Below, one piece after another: positions 1 through 12,207 of a stretch of DNA of 64,000 nucleotides (the first letter of the stretch is position 1; every line of letters starts with the position of its first letter). The stretch spans positions 6,634,001 to 6,698,000 of the forward strand of contig CM035355.1 of the NCBI GenBank assembly GCA_020137815.1. The letters are read 5' to 3'. The stretch comes from Hormiphora californensis. Its lineage: Eukaryota > Animalia > Ctenophora. The translations under genes were made by a program, and so were the position numbers. The notes under the pieces are model-generated. The model searched no databases. It was not told where the DNA came from and saw only the letters and a list, made by a program, of their open reading frames with translations.

Positions 1-79
1 CTCCCTCTTGAACTACAGAAAATAGGAAAATATGAGAGGTGTTTCTAGGAAATTAATTGGGTGGTTCCCTGTTTGGGAG

Positions 80-1333
80 TTAAATTTGACTTGAAATAAT
101 ATCGAGGACTTGCTGCAGTTTACTAACGATTTCAAGGGATGTTGATGAGATGGCGGATGGCTCTCGTTTTCTGTTTGATATCGTTTGTTTCTTCAGCAGA
201 GAAACCTGAACAGAGAAGGAGTAATAGTAATGGAGTAATATCGGCAGAAATGAAAACAGGTTGATGCTGCAACAGCAACCCCATCTCACATCTGGATCAA
301 GAGAATCATGACAGGAATACCACATTACCCCCAGACATCTATACCAACTTATTCTAATTCTTTCTGTCAGGCCAACACAATGCCTGACCACAGTTCTCAC
401 GCAGAATTGGGTCAGGCTAATGCTCTGACATAATTCTCTACTGACCTGGTGTTTGAGAGATTTAGCTTCCTGTTCGTATTGTGTGTTAGACTGTTGCAGC
501 AGAGTAACCTGTTTCCTCAGCTTATCTAGTTCATCGCCTTGTTTCCATAGCTGAAATAAAATCAGTTTATTTTGGGATACAATAACCAATTACCTCTACT
601 AAGTAATGGTGAATGGGGGGGGGGGAAGTAACCGATAATGCGGAATGTATGAGGCAGTGGTAAATGGGGGGTGTGGAGGTAACCCAGGGTAATTCATACA
701 CGGACACAGTGTGAGGCGACTCAAGGTAATCCAGGATGTTGGCAATTGGTAGTTGTACCAGGTTAAGTGTAAACCCATACAATGTACGACGTACATTGTA
801 CGTTGCACATGTGATGTTCTAACCCTCCCTTTACATTTGCGGGCGGGGCACACTAAAGACGGTCTAGCTAGGCAATGTGCACTACCTCTGTTCTGTTGCT
901 GGGAGAGTTAGCAGGTTTATAAGAGTCCACTGGGTTAATCCCAACAGCTCCAACAGCTAGGTAGTTATCATACTTGGTAGCTGATTTGGTTTTTTCTTCA
1001 TGGTACCTCTTCTGTAATTTTTCTGAAGGAATTGAAAACAATTTTTAGTTTTTAAGTTAAATTCCAGAGACAAGCAAGGGAAATGGTGTGTTCTATTGGT
1101 AGTGCAGTGAGAGGCGCTGTACCGTGCGATAGTATCTACAGTAATTTGATTGAAAAGATCTTTTCTCTCTCTTTACAAACTCTCTTTTCTCAGTCTCTTC
1201 CTCTCTTCCTCTCTCTCTAACTCTCTCTTCCTCTCTCCTTTTACAAACCTGGAGTGGACTTCTTTCGTAGCTGTGCCAAGTTCCTCTCTGTTTCCCTGAC
1301 AACGGCATCGAATCTATCTTCCCAGCTGCTCAT
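80..1333 (-). CDS. Small 4-exon coiled-coil protein (~136 aa), unknown function
   Basis: Exons 1333-1249, 980-886, 550-446 and 205-80 join in frame with GT-AG boundaries: MSSWEDRFDAVVRETERNLAQLRKK...LWKQGDELDKLRKQVTLLQQSN...IISSQI*. Confidence 0.75.
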
Positions 1334-1581
1334 CCCTCTCTTGCATGCTAAAATTCCAATCAGACAAATTGCAATTAATTACAACACATTAAAAAGTACA
1401 AGATATATCTTAGAGACCGGGCTGTACAAAAAATCGATGAAATACAGAAAGAATTCATAGACATGTTTGACGTTAGCAAAAAAGTATTGGCTGACAGAAA
1501 AAGGGGTATCAGGTGAAATTCAGTACGCACACATATTTTAGTTGTCAACGTCAGGGCACTCTGTAACTACTCACTAACAAA

Positions 1582-1882
1582 CAGGGGTGTAGGAATGATT
1601 TTTCAAGTGAGGGGGCGAAGTCACGTGACCAATTACAGCGCTGGTCAGCGCCCAAGAAAATTTTTTGTGAGCAAGATTTAGCCACCTATTCCATTGCATT
1701 TACTATACATCGGGCGGAGCGACAGCGGAGCCCGAGAAAATTTTTAGGGTTTTGAGCCAAAAAGTCATGATTTCGTCATTTGGGAGTGAGTGTTGACTGT
1801 TGGCGACAAAAGTGAGGGGGCGAACCTGGCCAAAAGTGGGGGGGCGGCCGCCCCCCTCGCCCCCCCTATTCCTACACCCCTG
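1582..1882. mobile_element. hAT-like MITE
   Basis: TIR CAGGGGTGTAGGAAT...ATTCCTACACCCCTG; 8-bp TSD CTAACAAA on both sides. Confidence 0.9.
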
Positions 1883-1988
1883 CTAACAAAATATTCAACT
1901 CAATACCCAGATATATATGAGAGAGTGTGTATACTGGAAGTGTTTCATATAACTTTGAATGATAGAATCCTAGGTTGACGATTGGTGT

Positions 1989-2405
1989 TTAGCTTTGAAT
2001 ACTGCTTCCACTCTTAGCACCAGGATGATCGTCAGTTAGGTCAGAAACAGTGACGTGCAAATCAACATCATCTTGATCATCAAATGCCTCTATGTGATCT
2101 ATCACTTCAATCGGGTTCTGTGGGTGAATTGTGAAGTATGAGATGATAAACATTGGGAGATGGTGTGACGCTACATCAGCAATAACAGGTGAAAATAAGT
2201 TTAAAATTACCTCTCCGGTTGTGTCTCTTAGTCTCACTAGCGTGTTCAAGTAGTTGGCAAGAAAATCAAGTATTTCCTGTCTATCCAATACTTTCTCAGG
2301 GTCAGCGAGACTAGTCTGTTCTTTTAGAAGGGCTCGATTGATGTCCTTCAACAGATTTTTCATATAATCAGGAACCTTAATTGTGGACACTGTTGATGAA
2401 TCCAT
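1989..2405 (-). CDS. RIIa-type dimerization/docking domain protein (Sp17/ropporin/CABYR-like), ~107 aa
   Basis: IKVPDYMKNLLKDINRALLKEQ...ILDFLANYL resembles the RIIa D/D motif. Likely exons 2405-2211 and 2117-1989 around a stop-free 93-bp GT-AG intron; acidic tail. Confidence 0.6.
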   Translation of the reverse strand: MDSSTVSTIKVPDYMKNLLKDINRALLKEQTSLADPEKVLDRQEILDFLANYLNTLVRLRDTTGEVILNLFSPVIADVASHHLPMFIISYFTIHPQNPIEVIDHIEAFDDQDDVDLHVTVSDLTDDHPGAKSGSSIQS

Positions 2406-4194
2406 GGCTATGAGTGATTCTGTGTTGTGAAAGTGTATTTCTGTGAAATTTAATATCAATATCAGCATCAAAACTTATAAACAAGCAATCCCCGGCACCG
2501 GCCAACGGGGTCCGAGAAAGGAGCTGGGACTTTGGAGTCAAGCCCAGTGTACCCGACATCCAGGAATCGCCAGGGACCATGAGGCATGACAGCCACGGTT
2601 TAAGCAGGACTTATTGCAAAAGGGCGGAGCCCCCGCGATGTTTTTAACCATCTGAGAGCGCCTGAAAATCGACATTTTTCCGTTGGCATACGTTGCAGGC
2701 CCCTTATAATATATATAATTGCGGGGGTGCGCGCATGAGGGGGCTGCAGCGCATTCCAAATTTTTCCGAGTCAAGAAAGTTTTTTAAACACAAAATTTGA
2801 GCTCAGAAAGATTTTCATTTAAATTACGTCGCGCGGCACGGAAGCCCAGAACTTAAGGGTACACCTGGCGTTTTTCATCATCGAGTGCCCAACCAAATGA
2901 CTTCACCAGGGTTTAGGCCATACAAAATGGACCTCAAATATACAATTTTAGCCCTAAAGTCGAATTCGTATTTTTGCTACAGCCTATTTTCAAAGTGGCG
3001 TTTTTTCAATTTTTGTTGGAATTTTTAACCTCGGGACCACTTTTTTTGAGATAGAAACATTAAATTCTTGGAATTTGAAGAGAATATAAAGGAGAATAAG
3101 CCCAAAGAAGGATTTTTGAAATGGAGCTTATTTCTGGCCATGAGAACGGTTTACTTTTTTGCGTCTTTGACACGCTGGCTGAGAATGTTCCCATGCTTCA
3201 TTAGAGATGAAAATCTGGAAATAGTTGCTCAAAACGATTATCTATGGAGGCGAGACACTGTGTTGAGACGCGCACAATGCGACGCGCATTTTTGCATTGC
3301 GACGCGCACCCTGTTTTGAATTTCGAGTGAACCTGCCAAAAAGTTGAAAAAAATTTTGTCTCCAAAAGTTTCAAAATCGTTTTTGTTTGACTTACGGCAT
3401 GCTTGTGATCGAAAATAAGTGTATTTAAGCCTACCCAGTTGGAGTAAACCCCTTTTATTGTCAAATTTCGAATTTTTTGGCAATAACTCTGTCTTTTCTT
3501 GTCTACATCGCACAATCTTAGGCTCGTTGGGATTTGGGAAGATAGTATCGAGGACTTTCCAATTACTAAACGGTCAATAAAGTCATATCAGGGCTAAATC
3601 TCTGAGGCCGTTTTTAAAAAAGGCCTGTTTCGAAGCTTTCTGTGTAATTTCTTCGCCATTGTAGCGCTGATTTTGATGTCCTGAGCTGTAGTCAAGCTTT
3701 CAATTTGAAATGATTTACCAGCGTGCTCAAGGGAATTGAATAAACCAAAACCCAAATATATTTTCATCATCCAGTACATGTGTCCTGATTGGTAAAATAT
3801 TTCTGTGAATCATCTGGCACGAGATAAACCTGAGATTTGTTGATAGCAAGTGATCAATGTTACGAGAATAACAGAAATGTATCAGGATTTACTGCAGATT
3901 AGTTGGTGCCCCTTGGCTTCGTTAGCGTCTGTCGTCTGATAAAACTAAACTAAAATTTAATCGAGTATTGACAATTTAAGGGGCAACTGTGTCAAGCATG
4001 GTGGCTTTATATTTCTCTGTTTCAATTGCCAGTGAGTAAGCCTGTTGTTATGTTTTGTTACGATGAGTGTCAGTCCGACTGACTCAGTCGAGTGGGTACT
4101 TCTCAAGCATGGGTCTGGCCTCTGGGGTGGTCAGTTATTGTCGTGCTAGAAACTTGCACTTTGCAGATTAGTTTGTAGGTATGTTAACTGTGAT

Positions 4195-4498
4195 GACAGG
4201 GTGGTGTAGTGGCCAGTGCACTCGCCTTCCATGTGCTAGGTCACAGGTTCGGGCCTGGAGTAGCACAATGCCACCTAGACCGCCAAGCTATGATTGGTAG
4301 AGGCTCTTTCGAGAGTTTCGCAAAGACGGTGCACATCTAACCAATAAGGTTGCCTGCTTGGGGTGGCGCTCGAGCTATGCTGCAGAGAAATCTGTACCAA
4401 AAATGGACCGTCGCTGAACGCCATTCGTAATAGAAGATCAGCACCACGGCATCGTTCCATTCATAAACATTCATAAACATTCATAAACATTCATAAAA
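4195..4498 (+). mobile_element. tRNA-derived SINE
   Basis: Pol III A-box-like TGGTGTAGTGG (4202) and B-box-like GGTTCGGGCC (4246); 3' tandem tail (CATTCATAAA)n. Confidence 0.6.
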
Positions 4499-4616
4499 TA
4501 ATTAAGCATTGTACACAAAGTTTCAGCTCAAAAAGAGCTAACACTCAGGCACCAAAAGGAATCGGGTTTTAATGGGCAGCCAAACAACATAGAAAAGCAA
4601 AACACCCCTGAATGAT

Positions 4617-4930
4617 TTACTCTCTGAAAACACTCGGATCGTTTCTCCAATCCAACAGGGAGTTACTGTGCTGAACACTATACCCACGAACCGGTGGCTG
4701 GTCAGGGATGGTGGACAGATATTTACCGAGCGACTGCTTTAGCTCGAGTAGGGAAGCTGAAGATCTCACTACCCGAGGCACTGCATTCCACAACTGAGCT
4801 CCTTTTACGCCGAATGATGAGTCATAGGGGCCAGAGATGGATTTTTGGGCCAAGTAGTTATACCGAGGGATTACCGCTCTGGTGCCAAGGCGTGGGTGCT
4901 CTGTAAACAAGAGACTCGTACTGTTTGGTA
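4617..4930 (-). mobile_element. 3' fragment of a non-LTR retrotransposon ORF2
   Basis: SFGVKGAQLWNAVP...LKQSLGKYLSTIPDQP...NSLLDW is typical of CR1-group ORF2 C-termini. Confidence 0.7.
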
Positions 4931-5059
4931 CTACCTTATGCAAGACCTTCCAGACGTGGATAATTATATATCGTTCTCGGCGCCGTTGAAGGGACAGGAT
5001 TCCGACCTACTTTATGTTAACTTTATTGAAGGCGTTGCCATGGTTAATTAGTAAGGAGG

Positions 5060-5420
5060 GTGTTCATAGTTGCAGTACTTCCTGGGTTCAGCACCAAACC
5101 TAAAAACATTGGAACTGAAAGAAGTGGGGTTTCGCTGCCGTTTATCGTAGAAAATTATCAAGGATTGACCCGACTGACTATTGAATGTGCTCTAAATTGG
5201 GCTCTAAATTGTAGCAACCTACATCTAATCACGCACCTCAAACAGTTAGAAGACCTTACATTGAATGGGGACAAAGTAGCCGAGTTTGGCGAGCGTTTCA
5301 TTGGAATGTTCTGGGATTTCAGATAGGGAGTTCACAGAGGCTATCCTAACGCTCAAGAATCTGAAAGAATTAAATCTCGGCTATTGTCATAATATTGAAG
5401 GAACTTGTTTTAGGTGCTGT
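5060..5420 (+). pseudogene. Degenerate leucine-rich-repeat (F-box/LRR-like) gene fragment
   Basis: LTRLTIEC, LKQLEDLTLNG and LKNLKELNLGYCHNIEGTCF motifs spread over frames with stops. Confidence 0.45.
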
Positions 5421-5518
5421 CCATTGAGATTGTGTTTCTTTCCTCCGTACCCTCCCTTCTAATGTATATGTGTAGTCTATTACCAATTTTTTAAGTTATC
5501 TTTTCCCGAAGTTAAATC

Positions 5519-6655
5519 ATGGCAGACCTAAAACCTTGTGAATCTGATAATTTAGTCTCATTAACAGCTCCCTGTCCAATATCTGATGCTCCATCAAATG
5601 TGCTTTCCTCAGATCATGGTAAGTTTTAAGCGTGATATTTATGCCTGGTATTTGATCTATATTGGTCTACTGAAGATTTTATAATATCTGCAAGTCTTCG
5701 GTAGCCTTTTCATAAGAATTATTTTCATTATCAATGTTGTAGATAAATGGTGATTAAATTATTGTTACTGAGTCTAATTGATTCCATTTCCAATAATTAG
5801 TAACAAATTTATCCAACAGGTGTTCCGATCCATTCTGGAGATGAGAAATTCAATAAACGAGATTCTAGTGAAGGAGAAGAGTCAGCCACTTCAAATCCAA
5901 CTACTTCCCAGCAATCCCTTAGTAAGGATCCTGCCACTTCTGAATCTGAACACAACAATAACAAACGTGCTAAAGTTCTTCAGTGTAAAATCATGGGTTG
6001 TTCAGTTTGGAATTCATCAGAGAAGGACTTGTATCAGCACATTCGAGACGACCATCCTGATAGAAAACACTTCTGTGATGTCTGTCCCATGGCTTTTGTA
6101 AAAGTTTCGAAACTTACTCGACACCACCTGACCCACAGTAAATCTAAACCACACAAATGTAAGGAGTGTGAAAAATGCTTTGTTCTTAAACATCATTTGC
6201 ATCAGCACATAATCCTCGTTCATAGCAATAAAGTTTCGTGCCCTGTCAAAAATTGTGGAGTTCGATTACCTAAAGCAGAGTTGTACGAGCACATTGAAAC
6301 TGCACACCCAAAAAATGAGTTCCAGTGTGATGTTTGTCCTCTGTCATTTAAACGAAAACAAGAATTGGGTGCTCATGGTAGAACTCACAGTGGAGTTAAA
6401 CCTTACACTTGTGAGGAGTGTGGTAAGAAGTTTGCATCATCATCTAGCTTCAACAAACACAAAAAGATCCATTCTGGAGACCGCCCCTTCAAATGTGAGG
6501 TCTGTGGAAAGGCATTTACTGAAGGAGGTCACCTGAGAAACCACATCAGGACACACACTGGGGAGAAACCTTTTCCTTGCAGTAAATGTGGGAAACAATT
6601 TAATCAGGCTTCTAATAGACGTGTTCATGAGGTAACCTGTTCAGTACAGGAGTAA
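5519..6655 (+). CDS. C2H2 zinc-finger protein A (8 fingers, ~311 aa)
   Basis: Exons 5519-5618 and 5820-6655 (phase-1 GT-AG intron); HSGVKPY/HTGEKPF linkers; last finger C2HC; no disruptions. Confidence 0.9.
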
Positions 6656-6974
6656 TGATTTTCATGATATGAACATTTGACAGCGATTTAATTTTATTAC
6701 AACTTACCTAAAACATTTCTTCTATGGAAAGCACCATGTTTTGAATATTTTTCTAAACGACAAAAAGAAGAAAGTATTTATTATGTATCTTGCAAAACTT
6801 TAAAAGATGAAAATGAATAAGCAAAGAAATTGTGTTTATATGGTCGTTAAATATCAATTATTTTATATGTTCTATTTATTGACTTTGTGTTTATTTCCTC
6901 CCTCCCCTCCCTTCTAATTATATGTGTAGGCAATTGCCACTGTTTCAAAGTCCTCTTCTCCCGTAGGTTACATC

Positions 6975-8345
6975 ATGGCAAAACTGAAATCTGGTGAATC
7001 TGGTAATTCAGTCTTATTGACAACTGGTAGACAGTTTGAAATTCCTCACCTTCTGAAAACCGAACCAATATACGTGGAAAGTGACATCAAACCTGTAATG
7101 TTTACTCCCTGCCCAATATCTGATGCTCCATCAAATGTGGTTTCCTCAGATTATGGTGAGTTTCGAGGGTGATATTTATACCTGGTATTTGAACAATAGA
7201 CTACTGTAGACTGGAAGATTTTATAACATGACTTCAAGTTATTTTATATTATAAAATTTATAACATATTCGAGTCTTCAGTAGTCTTTTATTTACATTAT
7301 TTGTAGCATCAAAGTAGTTGGGTAATCAAATGATTGTTTATACTGTCAGAGCATTGTCCTGACCTTATCCTCATTTCATTCTGCCCATAGATTGTGCAAG
7401 AACCGCGGTCAGAGCCTGACAGTGTTTTTAAGCCTTGTTGGTTTTATTTTCAATAATGATTATCACATCTATCCTACAGGTGATCCGGTCCAAACTGGAG
7501 GAGAGAAATTCAATAAACAAGATTCAAGTGAAGGAGAAGAGTTCACCACTGCAAATTCACTTCTTTCCCAGCGACAACGAGTTATTCACCAACAACCCCC
7601 TCCTGAAGAACCTGCTACTTTTAAAACTGGACTAAAACCTGCCAGGATGATCTTGTGTATCAAACGTGCTAAACTATTTCAGTGTAAAATTAAGGGGTGT
7701 TCAGTTTGGAAGTCATCAGATAAGGACTTGTATCAGCACATTCGAGACGACCATCCTGATAGAAAACACTTCTGTGATGTCTGTCCCATGGCTTTCAAGC
7801 GTGTTGATAATCTTACTCAACACCATTTGGGTCACAGTGGATACAAACCATACAAATGTAAGGAGTGTGAACACAGCGCTTTGAGGAAACATGATTTATA
7901 TAAACATCAGACCCGTGTTCATAGGAATATTGTTTCGTGTCGTATCAACAATTGTGGAGTTCGGTTACCAAGATCGAAGCTTAACGAACACATTGAAACT
8001 GCACACCCAAAAAAGGAGTTCCGGTGTGATATTTGTCCTATGAGTTTCAATGACAATTCCAGGTTAAACTTCCACAAGCGGATACATAGTGGAATTAAGC
8101 CTTATAAATGTGAGGAGTGTGGGAAGGCGTTTTATCAGCTTGGTAATTATGAAAGACACAAACGGACTCACACTGGTGAGTGTCCATTCAAATGTGAGGT
8201 CTGTGGCAAAGCATTTTCACTAAAAAGTGGCATGAAAAGTCACATGAGAATTCACACTGGTGAGAAACCATTTTCCTGTAGTAAATGTAGTAAACAATTT
8301 ATTCGTTCCGATCACAGGCATATCCACGAGTTAAAGTGTTCATAA
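6975..8345 (+). CDS. C2H2 zinc-finger protein B (8 fingers, ~348 aa), tandem paralog of A
   Basis: Exons 6975-7155 and 7480-8345; same intron position and finger layout as gene A. Confidence 0.9.
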
Positions 8346-8575
8346 AAGAAGTAACTGTTCGTTGTGATGGATATTGTGCAGGGCAGAGAAATCAGTGAGG
8401 GTTTTTAAATATTCACAATGTAAAACAGTATTTGATGCAGTGTCCAATAGTTCCCGTCTATTTCTTATTGAACTTGTGTCTCCCCCTACCATTACTATTT
8501 TCTGTCCGTCAAGTCATGACATCTCAAGACAATAACACTGATTTAACACTTTCCCTTCTTCATACAGGGTATATA

Positions 8576-8824
8576 TGATGGCAAAAAGAAAACCTGGTAG
8601 TGATGTGGTCAGTAGTGCTGAATTGAGCTTCGCTCTTCTTGGCGCCATACCACTGCAAGCCCGATCATTCAACCCTGTATCTCCACCAGTAGGTGGGCCA
8701 TTGTTCCTTCTGCCAGCAAGATCATTTTCTCCACCAGCAAGCTGACCGGTCCTTCTACCCAATACCTCTCTATTTGAACTGCGTCGGGTTGAATTAAGAG
8801 TAGGGTTTGGAGGACCTCCCTCAG
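8576..8824 (+). pseudogene. Possible 5' remnant of a third zinc-finger paralog
   Basis: Acceptor plus MAKRKPGSD resembles the MAKLKSGES/MADLKPCES starts; early stop and no fingers downstream. Confidence 0.3.
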
Positions 8825-9198
8825 GTAGGTGACTGTTGAATCTATAAAATATCAATAGTATGTTTTGAGACACAGTCGTTGCACATCCATAATCCATATC
8901 CGGCTCCTTGTGTTGGTTGTGTTCCCACTGATTTAGATTACATTCGGAGGCCCGTACACATGGTTACCACTTCGTGTCATACTTCCCGGAACCTCATTAC
9001 ATTCTGATCGTTTCTCGTTTCCTGTTGCTCTCGTTCTCTCAGTTCAAACACCTCATTTTGTCACTTAGTTCTTCCTTCAACATCCCACAATCACCCACAG
9101 CCCTCCTCCTACTCCCCAGTGGTCTCTACACAGCTTAAATAATGCCCAATGTGTTATGTGTCCCTAATAAGCTTAGCAATAGGAGACGTGCACGGTGC

Positions 9199-9704
9199 TT
9201 CCTTCCTTCCTTCCTTCCTTCCTTCCTTCCTTCCTTCCTTCCTTCCTTCCTTCCTTCCTTCCTTCCTTCCTTCCTTCCTTCCTTCCTTCCTTCCTTCCTT
9301 CCTTCCTTCCTTCCTTCCTTCCTTCCTTCCTTCCTTCCTTCCTTCCTTCCTTCCTTCCTTCCTTCCTTCCTTCCTTCCTTCCTTCCTTCCTTCCTTCCTT
9401 CCTTCCTTCCTTCCTTCCTTCCTTCCTTCCTTCCTTCCTTCCTTCCTTCCTTCCTTCCTTCCTTCCTTCCTTCCTTCCTTCCTTCCTTCCTTCCTTCCTT
9501 CCTTCCTTCCTTCCTTCCTTCCTTCCTTCCTTCCTTCCTTCCTTCCTTCCTTCCTTCCTTCCTTCCTTCCTTCCTTCCTTCCTTCCTTCCTTCCTTCCTT
9601 CCTTCCTTCCTTCCTTCCTTCCTTCCTTCCTTCCTTCCTTCCTTCCTTCCTTCCTTCCTTCCTTCCTTCCTTCCTTCCTTCCTTCCTTCCTTCCTTCCTT
9701 CCTT
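9199..9704. repeat. (TTCC)n microsatellite, ~500 bp
   Basis: Uninterrupted tetranucleotide run. Confidence 0.98.
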
Positions 9705-9708
9705 ACTC

Positions 9709-9899
9709 TTTTCGGAGCGTGTTCGTCTACACATTGCGCGTCGCGGGTGAACGAGCTAACCCGGGTGAACGAGCTAACAATAGTGAACTTACATGCGATA
9801 TACTGCATCACGCGCATGTAATTGCACTATTGTTAGCTTGTTCACCCGGGTTTGGTACAGCCGGCGACGCGCAATGTTGAGACGAACACGTTCCGAAAA
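9709..9899. mobile_element. Small palindromic MITE-like element
   Basis: TTTTCGGAGCGTGTTCGTCT...AGACGAACACGTTCCGAAAA inverted ends. Confidence 0.6.
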
Positions 9900-11022
9900 T
9901 GCAGGATTACTGTATCTTCGTTTTCTGTCTCTGTCTCTGTCTCTGTCTCAAGCACTTGCGATACGTGATACCTACGAATCACGTCGTCACATTGACGGAT
10001 CAAGTCGTCACACTGGTAGCATACGATATTACGATAATGCCTTTGAGCAATAATGCCTTTGGAGAGTAACAGCATAGATAATTGGGTAAAGGCAAAAGCG
10101 TCAAAACACCGATAATGCCTTGGTGCAGGCGGTTCATCTTCTCCTTCTTCTCCTTCTACCTCATCATCTCCGCAATCTACATCGAAAAAGCTTTCTCTAG
10201 AAGACAGGATTTCATCAGAGACACGGGTCCATCCACCAATTCCCATGTAAAGGCAAAACTGTCAATATCTGGGGTAAACAGCAGTTTTGCCTTCGATATA
10301 TTTTTTGCCTTGGGTCAGTTTTGCCTTTCCTTTGATTCTAATTAGGTAATTTAGAGTGAAGGCAAAATTGACCCAATGCATTATCGTACGTAATCGTCAC
10401 ACTGACGGATCACGTCGTCACACTGACGATAGGGTGTCACATTTCCGTCAAATTTTCATTAGATATAGTTAGATGTTGATCAACTAACCCCTTCCTCCAT
10501 TAGTTCGATGAGGAAAAAATGAAACTAACACTGGAAGTTCTGGATTTGACACGTTGGGAGATATCATATGTGGAGGAGATAAATGAGTGAGATGTCCTTA
10601 CTTGCTGCACACAGCTCAGGGTGTAACATGATTGAAAGAGAAATACCGGAATCAATAACAGTAACACGGAATAAGTAGAACCTTATCTTTTAAAGTGGGA
10701 GTAGAGGTAATGGAGCAAAGACAGTGACCGTCTTTGGCCGTGAAACTCGTGTGATTTTGCTCAATTACTATCTCGAGATCATTGATAACTTGATAATGAT
10801 GGTTGTATTTGGCAATGTATTGTCAAAAAAATGTTTAGCTTTTCAGTTTTACTTTTGAGCGTTAAATCAAATATAGTTACAAGTCAATTACATGTCAACA
10901 ACACGTAGTCAATGCAAAACAAACTAATGTAAAAGTAACAAAATTGATTTATGTACACTGAAACTTAATGGAAACGAAATGAATGTGTTTTTTAATTCTT
11001 CCCACACACTTTTGGTCTGAAA

Positions 11023-11147
11023 TTAAAGTCCGTTTCAAGCGACTTGACCCGTAATTCTTGGAATTCGGCGCATTGCGCGTGTATTTACAAAGGGGAAATC
11101 CTGAATTTCCAGGAATCTCAGGTCAAGTCGTTTGAAACGCACTTTAG
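11023..11147. mobile_element. ~125-bp palindromic MITE
   Basis: TAAAGTCCGTTTCAAGCGACTTGACC...GGTCAAGTCGTTTGAAACGCACTTTA; second copy reverse-complemented at ~60195-60318. Confidence 0.75.
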
Positions 11148-11789
11148 CAACGAAATATTTCTCTCTAGTATAGAATTTTCAAATAATCACGTAATCCAAA
11201 AGTGTGTTGATCTTATTTGTAAACAATTAACAACTCAAGAATCTAATTGGTCTCATTTATCTTCTCATCCTTGATTTCAGTCTTGTTCATCGAGTCTCCG
11301 AAGACAATAGTGTGTGAAATCGACTGTTATGTAACGCGCGAGAAGAAAATTAAGGGTAAAGTACTGCCTACTTCGCGCGGTGTGTCCCTTTCACGTGGTA
11401 AGCGCGCGCTCTTATGGATGCTGCGTGCTCTGCACAGTGCAGTCTCTTTCCGATGCTGTGCCAGTGCACTCTCTTTGAGGTTCTCGGACTCGTTCAGGGT
11501 CACCATCAGTCTCCCAAAAATGTTCAAGAGGCTCCAAGTCTTAAAATTTTAAAAACGCATTTTCACATTTATTGAATTTGACCAATTTGGTGCGCGTCGC
11601 AATGTGCGCGTCGCATGCGCGTCTCATGCGCGTCGCGATATGCGCGTCTCAACACATTCGGGTTGCCTCCATGTGGCCCAAAATTTTGGAACTTTTCCGC
11701 CAAAGATGTGGTATACAGAGTTTGTTTTGTGAAACCCGTCTTTTTGAAAAAGAGGGAAATTCCCTGTATATCAAAAACGGATGATCGTA

Positions 11790-12153
11790 AAGTCGAATTG
11801 TAAATGAGTGTCGTTTTTTAAAAAGCCGCGCAATTTTGATTTGCGCGTCGGAATTATTTTTATTTCGCGCGAAGAACCCTTCGTCGTGGTCTTTGTCGCG
11901 CGCAGTTGTCGCGCGGCCGCTGCCACAAAGTAAGTGGCGGGAATGGATAAAAACATCAGGTGATGACCAAATATGGTATAATGAAGTCACGTTACTGTCA
12001 TGTGTTAGGAGTTGTACGATCAACATTCTGTGCCGACCCTTGTACACACAACAGCTGCAGCTGTAACATTGTACACAATTAGCGATCAAATAATATATTT
12101 TTCAGATAAAGTGTGGCGTGATCGTGAGAGACAGACTAGAGAGAGAGAGAGAC

Positions 12154-12207
<54 letters not shown>

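Larger units (their letters stand above)
3246..11670. mobile_element. 8.4-kb non-autonomous DNA transposon (ISL2EU/Harbinger-group-like) carrying zinc-finger genes
   Basis: Imperfect TIRs GGAGGC..TGTGTTGAGACGCGCA with repeated GACGCGCA subterminal motifs at both ends. AT is duplicated at the insertion point (the intact copy reads tctATgtggccc). Confidence 0.8.

Noticed and set aside
4195-4275. tRNA gene
   Set aside because: A/B boxes are present but there is no convincing cloverleaf, and it continues into a SINE-like body and tail
9135-9880. 200-aa ORFs in five frames (FLPS/KEGR repeats)
   Set aside because: Translations of the stop-free (TTCC)n microsatellite
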